DNA of 64,000 bases from Arenicellales bacterium (lineage in GTDB: Bacteria; Pseudomonadota; Gammaproteobacteria; Arenicellales; JAJDZL01). The DNA is taken from positions 2,648,468 to 2,712,467 of the forward strand of contig OZ243952.1 in assembly GCA_965214615.1 (NCBI GenBank), read 5' to 3'. The position numbers and the translations under genes were made by a program. Shown one piece after another: positions 45,929 to 55,239 of the stretch. The stretch's first letter is position 1; every line of letters starts with the position of its first letter. The notes beneath the pieces were generated by a model that saw only the letters and a program-made list of their open reading frames with translations, did no database searches and was not told where the DNA came from.

Positions 45929-46022
45929 CTTACGAGTGAAGCTGGACCAGAACTTCGAAGTATAATTTTTTGACATTGGCGCCGTCAGGGTTCCAGCCAG
46001 ACACATAGGCAGGCTTCAAACG

Positions 46023-46994
46023 ATGTTCATTCGACAACTTCAATATTTGCTTGCGCTCGAACGCGAAGGTCACTTCGGGCGCGCTGCGGATACATGCCAT
46101 GTGGCTCAGCCCAGCCTGTCGAGCGCGATCAAGAGTCTTGAAGAAGAACTTGACGTGCCGATCATTGTGCGCACGCACAAATTCGTTGGCTTCACTGACG
46201 AAGGCCGCGAAGTGCTCAAGTGGGCGCGCAAGCTGCTTGCCAACCGCAGTGCGATGCTCGATGAGTTGGCGATTCTCAAAGAGCCCCGGCTCGGCACGGT
46301 GCGCATTGGCGCAATGCCGATGAGTTCGCCTGTACTTCCCGCGCTTGTCAATCTTTTCACAGCAAAGCATCCGGGAATCAAATCGAACATACAGATTGTC
46401 GGCCGCGACCAGCTTGAATCCGGACTGATGAACTTTGATTTCGACGTAGGAATCACCTATGTCGATGATCCGGTTCCCGAGTATCTGAACTACAAGATTC
46501 TATACAAGGAGCGGTTCAGCCTGCTGGTGCCGGACAACGGGTGGTTTGAGAATCAAATCGAAGTCAGCTGGAAAGCGGCGGCTTCGGTGCCGCTTTGTCT
46601 ATTGACCGCGCCGATGCGCGAAAGGCAGATTGTTGACGACATGTTCCGCGAATCGCGGATTCAGCCGGAAGTGGTTCTAGAGTCCAACTCGATATTCCAG
46701 TTGGCGTTTCATGTCATGAAGTCGGAGATGGCAACCATCATTCCCAATTGCTTCATCAAGGCGAATCAGGCGTTTTCGGGCACCCGCGTGCTACCGCTTT
46801 GCAATCCGGAGGTTTTTCTGGACATCGGCATTTTTTGGAATCGCATTGAACCGGCACGGCCGATGACCAAGGCCATGATCAGTGCGATCGAAGATTTCAC
46901 AAAGCAGCAAGACGGTCTGGAGGATTTGGTGCTTGGCGAAAAGTGGCCGGCCGAGTTGACACCGTCATCCAAGCAAGGCACCGCCGCGCACTGA
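46023..46994 (+). CDS. LysR-family transcriptional regulator
   Basis: N-terminal HTH MFIRQLQYLLALEREGHFGRAADTCHVAQPSLSSAIKSLEEEL followed by a LysR substrate-binding domain. Confidence 0.9.
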   Translation: MFIRQLQYLLALEREGHFGRAADTCHVAQPSLSSAIKSLEEELDVPIIVRTHKFVGFTDEGREVLKWARKLLANRSAMLDELAILKEPRLGTVRIGAMPMSSPVLPALVNLFTAKHPGIKSNIQIVGRDQLESGLMNFDFDVGITYVDDPVPEYLNYKILYKERFSLLVPDNGWFENQIEVSWKAAASVPLCLLTAPMRERQIVDDMFRESRIQPEVVLESNSIFQLAFHVMKSEMATIIPNCFIKANQAFSGTRVLPLCNPEVFLDIGIFWNRIEPARPMTKAMISAIEDFTKQQDGLEDLVLGEKWPAELTPSSKQGTAAH

Positions 46995-47479
46995 AGCCGG
47001 AAGGCTGCCTTAAGAAGGCGATCGATCACCCGCTACAAATTCGACCGCCAATGCGTCTTGCTATGCCATAGTGCGAGAATCATCTGGGTTGCGGTTCAAC
47101 CGGCGAGAAATCGAGGTGCCGTTCCTCGCCGATAGATTTGTGCCTATCAAAAAACGCCTGGAATTATCAAGAATTTTTTTTCGGCTAATAGATACGAAAT
47201 TGAGCAGGTGATGATCTTAAATTTTTGATCTATTGATTTCCTGCAGGTACTTTTTCCAGTTTTTTGGCATGATGCGCATTATTGGAACCTGCAGTCGTTC
47301 ATCTGATCGCATTCTGCACAGTTTTCGATTCAGCGAGCCGACAGCGGCAACTGGACGGAAGCTGTCGTCTGCGACACGGTCGGATGTTCATTGCGCTTGA
47401 CGCAATCACCGAGTGCCAGTCGTTGCGGACGTGACGATCAACGAACGGCTTTATCGTCGACGCGTTCGGAGCTTGCGTT

Positions 47480-47514
47480 AAAAAGACGAACTTGCGCCGA
47501 GGCTCCGGTGCAAG
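47480..47514 (-). terminator. rho-independent terminator of the NTPase gene
   Basis: On the minus strand, 4 nt after the TAG stop: CTTGCACCGG agcc (T)CGGCGCAAG gives 9 bp with one mismatch, followed by TTCGTCTTTTT. Confidence 0.55.
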
Positions 47515-47518
47515 AATT

Positions 47519-48919
47519 CTAATGCACAGTCCCCGCCGGATGCGCCGGCGGCAGCCTGCGCTCGCGACGGTGGCTCTCATCGGTATCAGGCGCGTCAGGT
47601 TCAGGAGATTCGACCGCCGGCCTCGAATAGGTCTCAAGTATGAATCGCCTGAAACTCGGTATCGGACACTCGACCGTGCCGTTGTCGCGCTCTTGCAGCG
47701 CTCCATGATGCGTCAAGTCCTCGTAGAACTCCCTCGCCGTCATCCCGTCATGCAACTGATCCCTTAAATCCTCGGAACCCTCGCCTGCCTTCGCACAGCT
47801 TGCAACGATATTCATCACTTCTCCTCGCTGCCGAGGCCCGTCAATCCGGCGCATCACATCCGCGAGCAGGTAGTTCGAGAATCCCATTGCCTTGCTTATG
47901 CGGTAGTTGTAGTATTGATGCCGTTCGGCCATGCTGATCCGTTCGACCTCGGCGAAGTCGACCCGGGAAATATCGCAGTCGCGGTCTAAGAACACCTTGC
48001 AGAATGCGTACAGGCCATTGGTCAGGTGCGAAGGCCAGCCGTCGCAGGCCGCGAGCATCGCATCAAGCTCGGCCTCGCGCGAACTGATATCCAGTTCGAA
48101 TGTCGCGCAGAACCCCTGTTTCAGCTCTGCAACCTCTTCGGCGTCGAACCGGTCAAGCGAATGTACGCAATGTCTTGAAAGTCGCGTCAGTCCCAGTTCG
48201 CCGGCCCGCCTGATCGAGTCGGACAGACCGCCCAGCACCAGGGTGATCGGCGCATCGTACTGACCGGCATGCAGTTCCTGGAACAGCTTGCCTGCAAAGC
48301 AGTCGCGCGTTTGCACAAGATTCTGCGTCTCGTCAACTGCGATCACCAAAGGACGAGTCCACTGCTCAGGCGGCACCGCTTTCAATACCGTCGCAAGCGA
48401 GGCAGCCGGCACAGGCGAGTGCGTTGTCGTCTCGGTTTCGCCTTTTGCTTGTGCAACAACGAATTTCACTCCTGTGCCTATCCGTTGTGTGCTGCTGGCA
48501 GCGTCTAACAAGGTGTCGCCGACACCCGGCGCAAGCAGGTTCGCCAACTCCTCGCAAAATGTATTCGGATCATCCAGAGGGGAGCCGGATTCCAGCAGAT
48601 ACACCAGAGGTACAGGCTGAGGGCGTACAGCTCCGTTTTTATCCGGCGTGGCATACGATTCGGGTTTGCCCTCCCAGCAGTCTCTGAGATAGTTCAGCGT
48701 CGAGGTCTTGCCGGCACCGGGAGCGCCGTAGATCACCCGGGTCGCCGCCTTGCGCTGGCGTCCTTTGGCGATGTGCCGCTCCCAGCTTTGTGCGCATGCA
48801 TCTTCGATATCCGACAGCACCTTTTTCCGTCCCGCGAAATAAGGCGGCGAATTCTTGTCGCCATCATCGATAAATTCTTCGAGAAGGGCGACACGTTCGG
48901 ATTTGCTCAGTTCATTCAT
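47519..48919 (-). CDS. orphan P-loop NTPase, STAND/AAA_16-like, no recognisable effector domain
   Basis: ATG at 48919 (MNELSKSE...). YFAGRKKVLSDIE precedes Walker A GAPGAGKTS (nt 48701-48727). Walker B is LVIAVDETQ. The tail is disordered and charged. Confidence 0.8.
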   Translation of the reverse strand: MNELSKSERVALLEEFIDDGDKNSPPYFAGRKKVLSDIEDACAQSWERHIAKGRQRKAATRVIYGAPGAGKTSTLNYLRDCWEGKPESYATPDKNGAVRPQPVPLVYLLESGSPLDDPNTFCEELANLLAPGVGDTLLDAASSTQRIGTGVKFVVAQAKGETETTTHSPVPAASLATVLKAVPPEQWTRPLVIAVDETQNLVQTRDCFAGKLFQELHAGQYDAPITLVLGGLSDSIRRAGELGLTRLSRHCVHSLDRFDAEEVAELKQGFCATFELDISSREAELDAMLAACDGWPSHLTNGLYAFCKVFLDRDCDISRVDFAEVERISMAERHQYYNYRISKAMGFSNYLLADVMRRIDGPRQRGEVMNIVASCAKAGEGSEDLRDQLHDGMTAREFYEDLTHHGALQERDNGTVECPIPSFRRFILETYSRPAVESPEPDAPDTDESHRRERRLPPAHPAGTVH

Positions 48920-49818
48920 CGGGCATGCTCTCAATTCTTCAATCTCAATGCCGTTAATCTTGATAGAAGTATAGCATGATGCGGGATTGCTTCGTGCTGA
49001 ATTGGCAATCTGCGATCACAAGCCGAGACATGACTCTGCATCGCAGGACTTCAATCTTCGCACGGTGAATCAAACGCCACAACTTGCCGTGACACGTGCT
49101 CAAATCCCCATCGGTCAGAGTGACAAGAGTATCTCTGTATCCGGCATTGACAACTCGGCAGCCGGAACAAGTTTCTCACCGCGATTTCCGAATCAACTCA
49201 ATTCGGGCTTGCGGACGGAATCTGGCGGCGCCCGATGGCGCGGCGGAACTGATACCTCATATCCCTCTCGGATCCACTCAATTGGAGGAGACGCACATTT
49301 CTTCGATATGGCACTGAAATGCGAGGTTAAATTGATAAACAGAGGGTCAGGTATGTTCATTTCTACTTTGAACTAAGCCTTATTGCGGCAATTTCAATAA
49401 TTTTGGAAAGTCGAATACATTCACTCGACTGCCGGATCTAATGGCTAAGCGAATCCGTACAAGTCGTGATTTTCGATTGTTCAAGTCTACCTTGAAATTT
49501 TCTGCCTCCGCATCACCATTTGTGCAAGCGCGTCGCACTTGCCTTAAAACAGCGATCGATTGGTCGACCGAGTTGCAAAGGAGCGCTTCGCCGAGTCACT
49601 GCGCCTGTTGTGTGGGACATCTGTGCCAATCTATATCGACACGCTCCAGCGCATCAGCCTATGCAGGCGGCACCGCACCCAAGCGCTCAACCTAGCCAAT
49701 CTTTTGTCTATAATTTGCGCAATCCAATTCCGGTTCATGCACGCTGTAATCACGCTAATGCACAAACAAAGTGCATGAATTGTTTATTTCATTCGAGACT
49801 GGGGCTCAACTTCTGAAA

Positions 49819-50637
49819 ATGCTGGCAAAAACAGACGACCGCGCGATATTGACCGACGCAGCTTACGCAGTTCGGCAAAGCGATTTAGACGCATACCGGC
49901 AAAACGGCGCAGTCTTGCTGAAATCTGTTTTCAGCCAGGCTTGGATCCATGCGCTGCGCGAATCCGCGGACAAGGCTTTGAGCCAGTCGGAAAACTACTT
50001 CCGGCGCCAGCGGGTGTGGGAATACGACGACACCTGCCGCGAGTACTGCCTCAATACATCCGCGCCTGCCATTGCCGCAGCACTCATGAACTGCGTCAAG
50101 GTCAACCTGCTCTATGATCAGGTGTTTACCAAGAACGCCGGAAATCCGGCAACTCCGTGGCACAACGACCTGCCCTACTGGCCGGTGCGCAACGGCCGGG
50201 CGGCGACCGTCTGGCTGGCGCTCGATCCGATCGGCCTTAATTCCGGTCCGCTTGAATTTATTGCCGGATCGCATTCGTGGAACCAGATGTACCAGCCCTT
50301 TACTACGGTCAATGACGGCAGCGTCGAGGCCGACTACAAGGGGGCGGAAAATCAATTCGTACCGATGCCTGATTTCGACGTCGAGCGCGACAGGCACACA
50401 GTCCTGTGCTGGGAGATGCAAGCCGGAGATGTCCTGGTATTCGACGCGATGATTGTGCACGGAGCAAGAAATAATTCGTCCTCCGCGGTGCGAAGAGGAT
50501 ACGCTGTACGTTACACCTGCGACAGCATGACATACCACAGAGGCGCCGAAGTGAACCCTAGAATAACCAATCCAAACCTGCTCGACGGCCAACCGCTTGA
50601 CAGCGACCAGTACCCGGCAATCCGCTTTCGGAGTTGA
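49819..50637 (+). CDS. phytanoyl-CoA dioxygenase (PhyH) family Fe(II)/2-oxoglutarate oxygenase
   Basis: ATG at 49819 (MLAKTDDR...). HxD motif PWHNDLPYW and distal His in MIVHGARNN. Confidence 0.8.
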   Translation: MLAKTDDRAILTDAAYAVRQSDLDAYRQNGAVLLKSVFSQAWIHALRESADKALSQSENYFRRQRVWEYDDTCREYCLNTSAPAIAAALMNCVKVNLLYDQVFTKNAGNPATPWHNDLPYWPVRNGRAATVWLALDPIGLNSGPLEFIAGSHSWNQMYQPFTTVNDGSVEADYKGAENQFVPMPDFDVERDRHTVLCWEMQAGDVLVFDAMIVHGARNNSSSAVRRGYAVRYTCDSMTYHRGAEVNPRITNPNLLDGQPLDSDQYPAIRFRS

Positions 50638-50756
50638 CCCGTCGCGCGCTGCAATGCAATTTTGATCACGCGGATGCGCACTGGCCAGATCAATATCCCT
50701 ATGCCGGTTGTGTTGACAATGCACGATCCCGAACCGCGCTGCCGGGCGCCGCTGCC

Positions 50757-52358
50757 ATGACTTGCGGACAAGCGCTCATGCACCTGCTCGCCAAATACGG
50801 CGTATCAATCGTATTCGGCATTCCAGGCGAACATACCCTCGAGCTATACCGCGGAATCGAGTCGAACAATATCCGGGCGGTAACGCCGCGCAATGAGCAA
50901 GGCGCAAGCTTCATGGCTGACGGATACGCCAGAGCCTCGCGCCGGCCCGGAGTATGCACCCTGATCACAGGGCCCGGAGTGACCAATGCGACAACCGGAA
51001 TCGGCCAGGCCTACGCCGATTCGGTGCCGATGCTCGTGATTTCAAGCGCAAACGACCGGCCATCGCTCGGCAAGGGGTGGGGCAGACTGCACGAGACGTC
51101 CGACTTGTGCGCAATCACCCGGCCTTTGACCGAATTCAGCGCCATGGTTCATCACCCGGACGAACTGCCGGAACTTATCGCCAAGGCGTTCACCGTCTTT
51201 TGCTCCCAGCGACCTCGTCCGGTGCACATCGCGATCCCCATCGATGTCATGGAAATGCCGGTTGTTGACCAATGGGACCCATGCACGCCTTCAGCGTTGC
51301 CGACTCCGGCGGAATCCTCGATCAATTCGGCCGTCGATATGCTCGTCAAGGCAGACCGGCCGATCATCGCTGTCGGCGGCGGCGCGCAGCATGCACCCAA
51401 ACAAGTGACGCTGCTTGCCGAACTGCTCAGCGCCGCTGTCGTATCGTCTAATGCGGGCAAAGGCATCGTCGCCGATTCCCATCCGCTCAGCCTGGGCGGA
51501 GGCGTCATCAGCCCGGCTGTGCAGCGCTATCTCGCGCAAGCCGATGTCGTACTGGCAATCGGTACCGAACTTGGCGAAGCAGACAGCTTTATCTACGACC
51601 TGCCAGTCAACGGAAAGGTGGTGCGGGTCGATATCGACCCGCAACGGTTCAACGACGCATTCCCTGCAGCGGCAGCGGTTCTCGGAGACGCCAAGAGGGC
51701 CTGCGAAATGATGATCGCCAGCCTTGAAGACGGATCGGCCAATGAGGACAAGCAAGATATCGCTGCTGAACTGAATGCGGTGCGCAAGCAGCAGCAAAGG
51801 GAGTACACAGCCGTAGAGCGCCAGCATATCGTCGTTCTGGATCTGATGCGCAGCCTACTCCCGGATGACGCAGTCATCATGGGCGACATTGCACAAGTCG
51901 TGTATACCGGAACGGCTGCAATGAAAACCGAGCTTCCCGGAACCTGGTTCTACCCTGCTGGATTCGGGACTCTGGGATGCGCGGTGCCCGGCGCAATTGG
52001 GGCGAAACTGGCCAAGCCGGAAACCGCAGTTGTCGCGCTGGTCGGAGACGGAGGCTTGATGTTTACCATCAACGAAGTCGCCACCGCTGTGGAGGAAAAT
52101 CTGAGCATTCCGATCATCATCTGGCACAATCACAGCTACGCGATGATTCGCGACGGCATGACCAAGCGAGGAATCCCGGAAATAGGCGTCAATCCCAAAG
52201 CACCGGATTTCGTGAAGATGGCCGAAGCCTTCGGCTGTCCAGGCACGTCGGTCCATTGCCGCGACTCATTCGCTCATGCCCTGACGCAGGCCCTCGGACA
52301 TCCGGGACCGTCGATCATCGTCGTGCACGAAGACGACGATTGGCTCATCTGCGAATAG
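50757..52358 (+). CDS. thiamine-diphosphate-dependent 2-oxoacid decarboxylase/acetolactate-synthase-like enzyme (AruI-like)
   Basis: ATG at 50757 (MTCGQALMHLLAKYGVSIVFGIPGEHTLELYRG...). FMADGYAR, ITGPGVTN, GQAYADSVPMLVISS and the TPP-binding GDGG...NN region. Confidence 0.88.
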   Translation: MTCGQALMHLLAKYGVSIVFGIPGEHTLELYRGIESNNIRAVTPRNEQGASFMADGYARASRRPGVCTLITGPGVTNATTGIGQAYADSVPMLVISSANDRPSLGKGWGRLHETSDLCAITRPLTEFSAMVHHPDELPELIAKAFTVFCSQRPRPVHIAIPIDVMEMPVVDQWDPCTPSALPTPAESSINSAVDMLVKADRPIIAVGGGAQHAPKQVTLLAELLSAAVVSSNAGKGIVADSHPLSLGGGVISPAVQRYLAQADVVLAIGTELGEADSFIYDLPVNGKVVRVDIDPQRFNDAFPAAAAVLGDAKRACEMMIASLEDGSANEDKQDIAAELNAVRKQQQREYTAVERQHIVVLDLMRSLLPDDAVIMGDIAQVVYTGTAAMKTELPGTWFYPAGFGTLGCAVPGAIGAKLAKPETAVVALVGDGGLMFTINEVATAVEENLSIPIIIWHNHSYAMIRDGMTKRGIPEIGVNPKAPDFVKMAEAFGCPGTSVHCRDSFAHALTQALGHPGPSIIVVHEDDDWLICE

Positions 52359-52409
52359 GCATCAAGCCTCGCCGCAGTGTCGGAGAACAAAGCCGACCGG
52401 CAACCCGAT

Positions 52410-53306
52410 TCAAGCGGATGACGACGATTTTCCGTGCTCGATCCGAATGATTGCAAGTCCGCACGCAATCACGACAGCAGCACCGACAAGCATAAGCGCG
52501 GTCGGCACTTCCGCAAAAAAATACCACCCCAGAAACAGCGCCCACAATATTGTCACGTATTCAAACGGCGCGATAACATGAATCGGGGCGAATTGGCTCG
52601 CCTGTACAATGCACAGCTGCGCAATCAGGGACACGGCGGCGAGCCCGAATAGCAAAACCCAGTCGAAGCCGACAGGCGTGACCCATTGGCTGGGCATGAT
52701 CAGACCTGTAAGGCAAAAGAACGTCGCTCCGGCGTAGAATACCATCAGGCCGGTTGTCTCGGTGGTCGTCATCTTGCGCGTCTGGACGAACAGCATCGCG
52801 AACATCAATGCGGCAAAAAGCGCCGCGGCTGTACCGATCCAGTCGACCGAATCGGACACAGGCTGAATGACGAGTATCACTCCGACAAATCCGAAACCTG
52901 CAACAGCAAATTGCTTCGCACCGGCACGCTCCTTGAGAAGGATTCCAGAAAGCCCGATGGCGAAAAGCGGCGACGACAGGGCGATGGCAGTCGCCTGAGC
53001 CAGATCGATTCGCGTCAGCGCATAGTAATAGGAAAGAAATGCGAGCAGGTTAAAAGTCACACGCTTTGCGTGATCCAGCGGCCGGGCAGTGCGGAATGCC
53101 GCCGTCCCGTTTCTGAAAAACAGGATGCAGGCCAAGGATGCGACGATGACTGCGCTTCGCACGAACAGTATCTGAAAAAGCGAATAATGTCCCGTCAAAT
53201 GCTTGATCAGGGAGTCCTGCCACGAGAACAGGCTCATGGCCCCCAACGCGAACAAAACGCCTGCCAGAGGCCGGTTCCGGCGAAGATGATGGACCGCGGA
53301 CGTCAT
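52410..53306 (-). CDS. DMT-superfamily (EamA-type) transporter
   Basis: 298 aa, about 10 TM helices, two EamA-like halves. Confidence 0.85.
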   Translation of the reverse strand: MTSAVHHLRRNRPLAGVLFALGAMSLFSWQDSLIKHLTGHYSLFQILFVRSAVIVASLACILFFRNGTAAFRTARPLDHAKRVTFNLLAFLSYYYALTRIDLAQATAIALSSPLFAIGLSGILLKERAGAKQFAVAGFGFVGVILVIQPVSDSVDWIGTAAALFAALMFAMLFVQTRKMTTTETTGLMVFYAGATFFCLTGLIMPSQWVTPVGFDWVLLFGLAAVSLIAQLCIVQASQFAPIHVIAPFEYVTILWALFLGWYFFAEVPTALMLVGAAVVIACGLAIIRIEHGKSSSSA

Positions 53307-53510
53307 TCACCGGGCAGCCGTAAAGCCGCGCTTCGCCGAACTGCGCGGATATGGCACACGGCTCTCGCCCGTTGCGGGCGTTGTGCCGTATCTTAGAACC
53401 TGTCGCGACATTCGGTCAGCGATTGCAAATGGCCCCGCACCCGAAGACCCGAATTCGGATCACGCGACGGGCTTGGGAAATGATGCGCCACAATTCGAAT
53501 TTCAACGGAC

Positions 53511-55040
53511 TCATGTCTCGGGCCGAGGATCGGCGTTCAACTCGTCGCGCAAGCCGCGTGCGACAGCCAACTGCTCTTCGCCAAGCTCCGTATACTGGGC
53601 GTGGCTGGCATCCCTGAATACATCGACCGCGCACTGAATCGCCTCGACCGCCTGCAGCGCGACGCCGGCATCGCCGGTCATTTCTGCAAGTTCGCGCCGT
53701 GCGACTCCAAGATTCGCCATCGCCATCGCCCAGGTCATCGGCGTATCTTCGCGAACACACTCGCTGAGCGCACTCTCGTACGATTCGGTCGCTTCGCGCA
53801 TGATCTTCGGATCCAGTTCGCGCTGCGCGAGCTTTTGCAGCGCAGCGCCAAGGTTATTGCACGTCATCGCCCATTCGCCCGGATATCGATCCCGGCTGCG
53901 CTCGGACAATGCACTTCTGTAGGCGGCAGCCGACTGCATCAGGGTGCGCGGGCCTTTTCGATGCTCGCCCAGCGCACGCAGCGCTGTACCGAGATTGTCC
54001 ATCGTCGCGGCCCAGTGCTGCGGCGCACTGGCGCGGGTCCACACGCGCAGCACCCCCTTGTAGGCGTCTACCGCCCGCTTCATGGCCTTCGTGTCGTTTT
54101 CCTTGCGTCCGAGCAATTGCAGCACAGCCGCCAGATTATTCGTTGTCGACGCCCACTCGCGGGGATCGGAATGCTCGCTGAACCGGGTGAGCGCCAGTTC
54201 GAACGCCTGGGCCGAGCGCTTCAGAAGCTCATCGTCCGCCTGACGTCGTCCGAGCACTCCCAACGCATTGCCCAGACTGTTCTGGGCTGCGGCCCATTGC
54301 GACGAAGCAGCTTTCGGATCGAACAGGTCGCAGGCCTGGCTCAAGGACGCAATCGCATCTTCCAGATAGCGCGTCCCCCTGCGGCGCTGCCCGATCATGC
54401 CAAGCACTTCGCCGAGCAGTCTGAGACCTTGGAACTGCCAGTCCACGGACCCGTTCGCGCGAGCAAGCGGAATCACTCGGCCGGTCAGCCGTTCAGCTGC
54501 AATCTCCAGGGCCGAGTCGTCACCGAACCACCGCCCGCAATCGCCAAGCGCGAGCGCTTCGCCATAGGCCGAACGCCACTTCAGTTCCAGGGGCGCATCC
54601 TGGATATTGCCGCATTCCGAGTAGATCCGGGCCGCTTCGCGATAGCTCAGCCGCGACGCTTCAAGTAGCGCCCGGCATTCCTGAACTGCCGCGGTCCCGG
54701 ACAACTGATCATCGGCGGCGGCAGTCATCCGGTCGACAAGATCCACCAGCGTGTCAAACGAATCGAACCGCCCGGATTCGATTGCAAGCAGCAATTCATC
54801 GGCAGGTATGGCGAGCGGATGGCCCGTTTCATGACGCGCGCGCACTTCGCCGAGCGCATCGCGAAGACTCGCGAGCCGAAACAGGCAGGTCTTTTGCAGA
54901 TCGTGGCACTGCACCGGATCGACCTGGCATTCTTCGATACGCGCTGCGACCGGTTCAATGACGCGCGGCGATATGCAAAGCTCAGCCGCGAGCGATTCCA
55001 TATCCGAGCCGGACATTCCGGCAGATTCGGCACTGCTCAT
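53511..55040 (-). CDS. tetratricopeptide-repeat protein
   Basis: ATG at 55040. Repeated roughly 42-aa units carry W-A-x-x-x-N-L-G-x-A-L (QWAAAQNSLGNAL, EWASTTNNLAAVL, HWAATMDNLGTAL, EWAMTCNNLGAAL, TWAMAMANLGVAR). Confidence 0.75.
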   Translation of the reverse strand: MSSAESAGMSGSDMESLAAELCISPRVIEPVAARIEECQVDPVQCHDLQKTCLFRLASLRDALGEVRARHETGHPLAIPADELLLAIESGRFDSFDTLVDLVDRMTAAADDQLSGTAAVQECRALLEASRLSYREAARIYSECGNIQDAPLELKWRSAYGEALALGDCGRWFGDDSALEIAAERLTGRVIPLARANGSVDWQFQGLRLLGEVLGMIGQRRRGTRYLEDAIASLSQACDLFDPKAASSQWAAAQNSLGNALGVLGRRQADDELLKRSAQAFELALTRFSEHSDPREWASTTNNLAAVLQLLGRKENDTKAMKRAVDAYKGVLRVWTRASAPQHWAATMDNLGTALRALGEHRKGPRTLMQSAAAYRSALSERSRDRYPGEWAMTCNNLGAALQKLAQRELDPKIMREATESYESALSECVREDTPMTWAMAMANLGVARRELAEMTGDAGVALQAVEAIQCAVDVFRDASHAQYTELGEEQLAVARGLRDELNADPRPET

Positions 55041-55239
55041 TGATTCACACTGATTCGGAATAATGCAGAATACCCGTTGCCGCCAGGCACATTGCGGCGG
55101 ATCGCGGCCGCAGCGCCATGCCCTGCAAGCCAGTGCCGCGGGCACCGATGCGGGAAATGACGACCGCTGCCGCGGTCGCCATCATTTGTCACCGGCGCCG
55201 GATGCAAAACCGCAAAGCCTGCATCTTTGCGCCGCCCGG

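Noticed and set aside
47174-47181. T8 homopolymer and AT-rich stretch downstream of the LysR gene. The (AATTG)x4 repeat at 45909-45928 was also considered as a possible phase-variation tract.
   Set aside because: The tracts are short, at 8 nt and four units, and lie outside coding sequence. Nothing in the window supports slipped-strand regulation.
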